Shown here piece after piece: positions 59,282 to 64,000 of a DNA stretch of 64,000 bases. Source of the DNA: Pristiophorus japonicus (taxonomy: Eukaryota); the NCBI RefSeq assembly GCF_044704955.1, contig NC_091995.1:44950001-45014000 (forward strand), read 5' to 3'. How positions within the stretch are numbered: the first letter of the stretch is position 1; every line of letters starts with the position of its first letter. Below the pieces are notes generated by a model. That model was not told where the DNA came from, made no database searches, and worked only from the letters and a program-made list of their open reading frames with translations. The position numbers were made by a program, and so were the translations under genes.

Positions 59282-59580
59282 TGTACACTGTAGTATTCTG
59301 TATTCGCTGCTCACGAAGTGGTCTCCTCTACATTGGGGAGACCAAACACAGATTGGGTGAGCACTTTGCCGAACACCTCTGCTCAGTCTGCAAGTGTGAC
59401 CCTGAGCTTCCGGTCACCTGTCACTTTAATTCCCTGCTCCACTCCCACTCCGACCACTCCGTCCTCGGCCTCTTGCACGGTTCCAATGAAACTTAACGCA
59501 ATCTCGAGGAACAGTACCTCATATCGTTTCGGCACTTTACAGCCTTCTGGACTCAACATCAAGTTCACCAATTTCAGACC
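59282..59580 (+). mobile_element. Penelope-like element GIY-YIG endonuclease fragment
   Basis: VVFCIRCSRSGLLYIGETKHRLGEHFAEH...PVTCHFNS. Confidence 0.85.
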
Positions 59581-60639
59581 AGAACCTCTGCCCATGTTTC
59601 CCTCCATTTCCTCCCTTTTTTTACAAGCCCCCCCTTTTTATTTATTTATTCTCTGTTTCCCATGGCAGCTGGTAATTATTCTGCCATTCACACCCTCTCT
59701 AGACTCATCTTTTGTTTCTTAACTTGTGCCATTACCATCTCATTTCTGCCCATCATCCCTTTTGTTTCTCAAATCTCTCCTGCCTCCCTCCCTATCACAG
59801 ACCTTTTGTTCTTTCCTCCCCACTTTCACTGCCCCTGCACTTGCTTAAGAATCTGTTACACCTTTGTACCCTCTCTGGTGCAATCACATCTTTCCTGTAA
59901 TGTGGTGACCAGAACTGCACGCAGTACTCTAGCTGTGACCTAACTAATGTTTTGAGTTTTGTCCATAGAAATAGGGAAAAGGGCAGAAAAGCACAGTTTA
60001 ATATTAAAGTAATTTCAGTGAATCTAACTGCCTGAAAGGGTGGTAGAGGCAGAAACTCTCATCACATTTAAAAAGTACTTGGATGTGCATTTAAAGTGCC
60101 GTAACCTACAGGGCTTTGGACCAAGAGCTGGAAAGTGGGATTAGGCTGGGTAGGTCTTTATCGGCTGGCGGGGACATGATGGGCTGAGTGGCCTCCTTCT
60201 GTGCCGCAAACGTCTCTGATTCTATGAGTGCTGCCTGCCTGCCATCTGCTTTGCCCAAGACAATGGATCATCTTGTCCCCATTCAAGAATGGTGGGTGTT
60301 CTCAGAGAGTTGCAATCCCAACTTCAACTGTAACTTGGTATTGAGAAATAACCAGAAACATATCACCACAGGGCATTCTTTTTATTTATTTACAGTCATG
60401 AATATCAGTAACTATACAATACAGCATGTGCTATACTTTGTCCCATTTCTATTTTCATACAAAATTGAAAAAGATACACGTATGAAAATGCTGAGTAGCC
60501 TCCAAATTCGTCAAAACCCTCTCGTGAAAAATGCACCACACTATACAAGAACATAAGACATAGGAGCAGGAGTAGGCCATAGGGCCTCTCGAGCCTCCTC
60601 CGCCATTTAATAAGATGAAGGAAGGGAGTGAGGGAGGAC

Positions 60640-61058
60640 GACTTGCATTTATATAGCGCCTTTCATGACTACCAGACGTCTCAAACTGCTTTACAGGCAA
60701 TGAAGTACTTTTGGAGTGTAGGCACTGTTGTAATGTGGGAAATGCGATAGCCAATTTACGCACAGCAAGCTCCCACAAACAGCAATGTAATAATGATAAT
60801 CTGTTTTTCTGTTATGTTTATTCAGGGGTAAATATTGGCCAGGACACCGGGGATAACTTTCCTTCTCTTCTTCGAAATAGTGTCATGGGATCTTTTACAT
60901 CCACTTGAGAGAGCAGACGGTACCTCGGTTTAACGTCTCATCTGAAAGATGGCACCTTCGACAGTGCAGCGGTCCCTCAGCACTGCACTGGAGTGTCAGC
61001 CTAGATTTTTTTTTGTGCTTAAGTCCCTGGAGTGGTACTTGAACCCACAACCTTCTGA
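60640..61058 (-). mobile_element. Deu-domain SINE
   Basis: Tail, core and head match the other copies. Confidence 0.88.
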
Positions 61059-62399
61059 AAGGGTTGTCCTATGAGGAGAGATTGAGTAGATTTGGCCTAT
61101 GCTCTCAAGTGTTGGGTAGAATGAGAGGAGATCTCATTGAAACATACAGGGCAGCAGGCGCATGGGAGCACCATCACCTGCAACTTCCCATCCAAGTCAG
61201 ACACCATCCTGACTTGGAAATATATTGGCCGTTCCTTCATCATCGCTGGGTCAAAAACCCTGGAACTCCCTCCCTAACAGCACTGTGGGTGTACCTTCAC
61301 CACACGGGACTGCAGCGGTTCAAGAAGGCGGCTCACCACCACCTTCTCAAGGGCGATTAGGGATGGGCAATAAATACTGGCCTTGGCAGTGACGCCCACA
61401 TCCCGGATCGAATAATAAAAAAGAAAAGATTCTGAGGGTGATTGACAGGGTAGATGCTGAGAGATTGTTTCCCATGGCTGGAAGGTGTAGAACCAGGGGT
61501 CACAGGCTCAGAATAAGGGGTCAGCCATTTAGGACTGAGATGAGGAGGAATTTCTTCATTCAGGGTGGTGTATCTTTGGAATTCTCTACCACAGAGGGCT
61601 GTGGAGGCTCAGACGTTTATATTCAAGGCTGAGATAGTTAGATTTTTGGACTCTAGGGGAATTGTGGGATATGGAGATCAGGCAAGGAAAGTGGAGTTGA
61701 GGTCGAAGATCAGCCATGATCTTATTGAATGGCGGAGCAGGATTGAGGGGCCGAATGGCCTACTCCTGCTCCCATTTCTTACATTGTTATGACAGGAATT
61801 TGACAAACAATAATTAAAAAGAAGACAGCTTTGAATACCATGAAATCTGCAGACCATGGAGAACAGACACAGCCCCGATTCTAACCCCCTCCGCCTGGCG
61901 GGAATATGGCAACCTTTCGGTCAAACCCGTGCTTTACATCCCAATCTATTTCAAATGGTGAATAAAATCGGAGGGAGGGCGTCCCAGACACATCTGCCCA
62001 GCAGATCGATTCGAATCGTGGCCAAGGGGAATTTGTCAACGTCAATGGTGCGAGAGAGGAACAACAGGGTTCTGCGGAAAGCTGGGAATTAAGGCATGCT
62101 TGGGCCCAGAGTTCTTTTGAGAAAGTGTTCTCCTGACATGAACATGCTGGGTGACTTTACCACTCCAGCAAACCAATATGGTAATAAGCTCTATTTTATA
62201 GTGGCATAAAGGGATGATTGTTCTCTCGTCAAAGGCCTACTTGACTCTGCGTTTAAATCCGTCAGACTGATCGCTTCATATGTATGTCCAAGCTGGAAGA
62301 TAAATACAAATTATTTCAGTTAGATAAAACTATACTGTTGCGATGAGTCACCTCGTTCTTTTTGCTGGTTGTGGTTTCTTCACATAAAACCTGTTGTGT

Positions 62400-63340
62400 C
62401 AAGATAAAGAAATTCGCAGATGATACAAAGATTGTCCGTGTGGTTGACAGTGAGGAGGAAAGCTGAGGAGGAAAGCTGTAGACTGCAGGAAGATATCGAT
62501 CAGGTGGGCAGAAAAGTGGCAAACTGAATTGAACCCGGAGAAGTGTGAGGTAATGCATTTGTGTAGGGGCAACAAGGCAAGGGAATACACAATAAATGGG
62601 AGGATACTGAGAAGTGTAGAGGAACAAAGGGACCTTGGAGTGCAGGTCCACAGATCCCTGAAGGTAGCAGGCCAGGTAGATAAGGTGGTTAAGAAGACAT
62701 ACGGAATATTTGCCTTTATTAGCTGAGGCATGGAATACAGGAGCAGGTAGGTTATGCTTGAACTGAATAAAACACTAGTTAGGTCACAGCTAGAGCACTG
62801 CGTGCAGTTCTGGTCACCACATTACAGGAAAGATGTGATTGCATTAGAAAGGCTGCAGAGGAGATTTACGAGGATGTTGCCAGGACTGGAAAACTTTACC
62901 TATGAAGAAAGATTGGATAGGCTGGGATTGTTTTCCTTGGAACAGAGGAGGCTGAGGGAAGATTTAATTCAGGTATATAAAATTATGAGGGGCCTGGATG
63001 GAGTGGATAGGAAGGACCTATTTCCCTTAGCAGAGAGGTCAATAACCAGGAAGCAGAGATTTAAAGTCATTTGGGGGAGATTTAGAGGGGATTTGAGGAA
63101 ACATTTATTCACCCAGAGGGTGGTGGGGGTCTGGAACTCATGGCCTGAAAGGGTGGTAGAGGTAGAAACCCTCACCACATTTAAAAAGTACTTGGATGTG
63201 CACTTGAAGAGCCGTAACCTACAGGGCTATGGACATAGTGCTGGAAGGCGGGATCAGGATGGATGGCTCTTTGTCGGCCGGCGCGGACACGATGGGCCAA
63301 ATGGCCTCCTTCTTGATTGTCTTTTTTCTATGATTTTATG
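62400..63340 (+). mobile_element. CR1 RT C-terminus and 3' end
   Basis: FADDTK; ORFs 62529..62726 and 62754..63362. Confidence 0.92.
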
Positions 63341-63374
63341 GTGGTCTCTCGCTCGTTCCTGAATGGAGTCAAAT

Positions 63375-64000
63375 GAAACAGTCGATGGCCACATGCAGCA
63401 AGACCTGGACAACATACTGGCTTGGGCTGATAAGTAGCAATTAACATTCACGCCACACAAGTGCCAGGCAATGTCCATCTCCAACAAGCGAGAGTCTAAC
63501 CACTGCCTCTTGACATTCAACGGCATTACCATCGCCGAATCCCCCACCATCAACATTGTGGGGATCAGCATTGACCATAAACTTAACTGGGCCAGCCACA
63601 TAAATACTGTGGCTACAAAAGCAGATCAGAGGCTGGGTATTCTGCGGTGAGTGTCTCTCCTCCTGACTCCACAAAGCCTTTCCACCATCTACAAGGCACA
63701 AGTCAGGAGTGTGATGGAATACTCTCTACCTGCCTGGATGTCTGCAGCTGCAACAACACTCAAGAAGCTCGACACTATCCAGGACAAAGCAGCCGCTTGA
63801 TCGGCATGCCATCCATCACCTTAAACATTCACTCCCTCCAGCACCGGTGTACCGTGGCTGCAGTGTGTACCATCTACAAGATGCACTGCAGCAACTCGCC
63901 ACGGCTTCTGGGCAGCACCTCCCAAACCCGCGATGTCTACCACCTAGAAGGACAAGGGCAGCAGGTGCATGGGAACACCATCACTTGCAAGTTCCCCTCC
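63375..64000 (+). mobile_element. Second LINE family, RT C-terminal fragment (runs off the window)
   Basis: QQDLDNILAWADK, LNWASHINTVATKA, YKAQVRSVMEY. Confidence 0.85.

Overview
Eukaryotic, repeat-dense vertebrate DNA, most likely cartilaginous fish (shark). The evidence is abundant CR1 LINEs with (CTATGTTT)n-type tails, Deu-domain tRNA-derived SINEs and SINE-derived 33-bp minisatellites. The only host gene I can support is a spliced MHC class I-like heavy chain on the minus strand: leader 23168-23117, alpha1 21950-21690, alpha2 17333-17058, alpha3 15233-14961 and TM exon from 5962. All four reconstructed introns are GT-AG and phase 1, and the frame stays open. It has lost most classical peptide-anchor residues and the N86 glycan, and its groove is hydrophobic, so it is nonclassical and possibly binds lipids or small molecules. 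Its 3' end runs into a tandem repeat and then a degenerate hAT transposon with no target-site duplication. The rest is nested CR1/L2/RTE/Penelope fragments, hAT and pogo-like MITEs, minisatellites and local duplications, two of them inverted pairs bracketing all or most of the gene. Most listed ORFs are TE fragments or repeat artefacts. TE boundaries are approximate unless TIR/TSD sequences are quoted.
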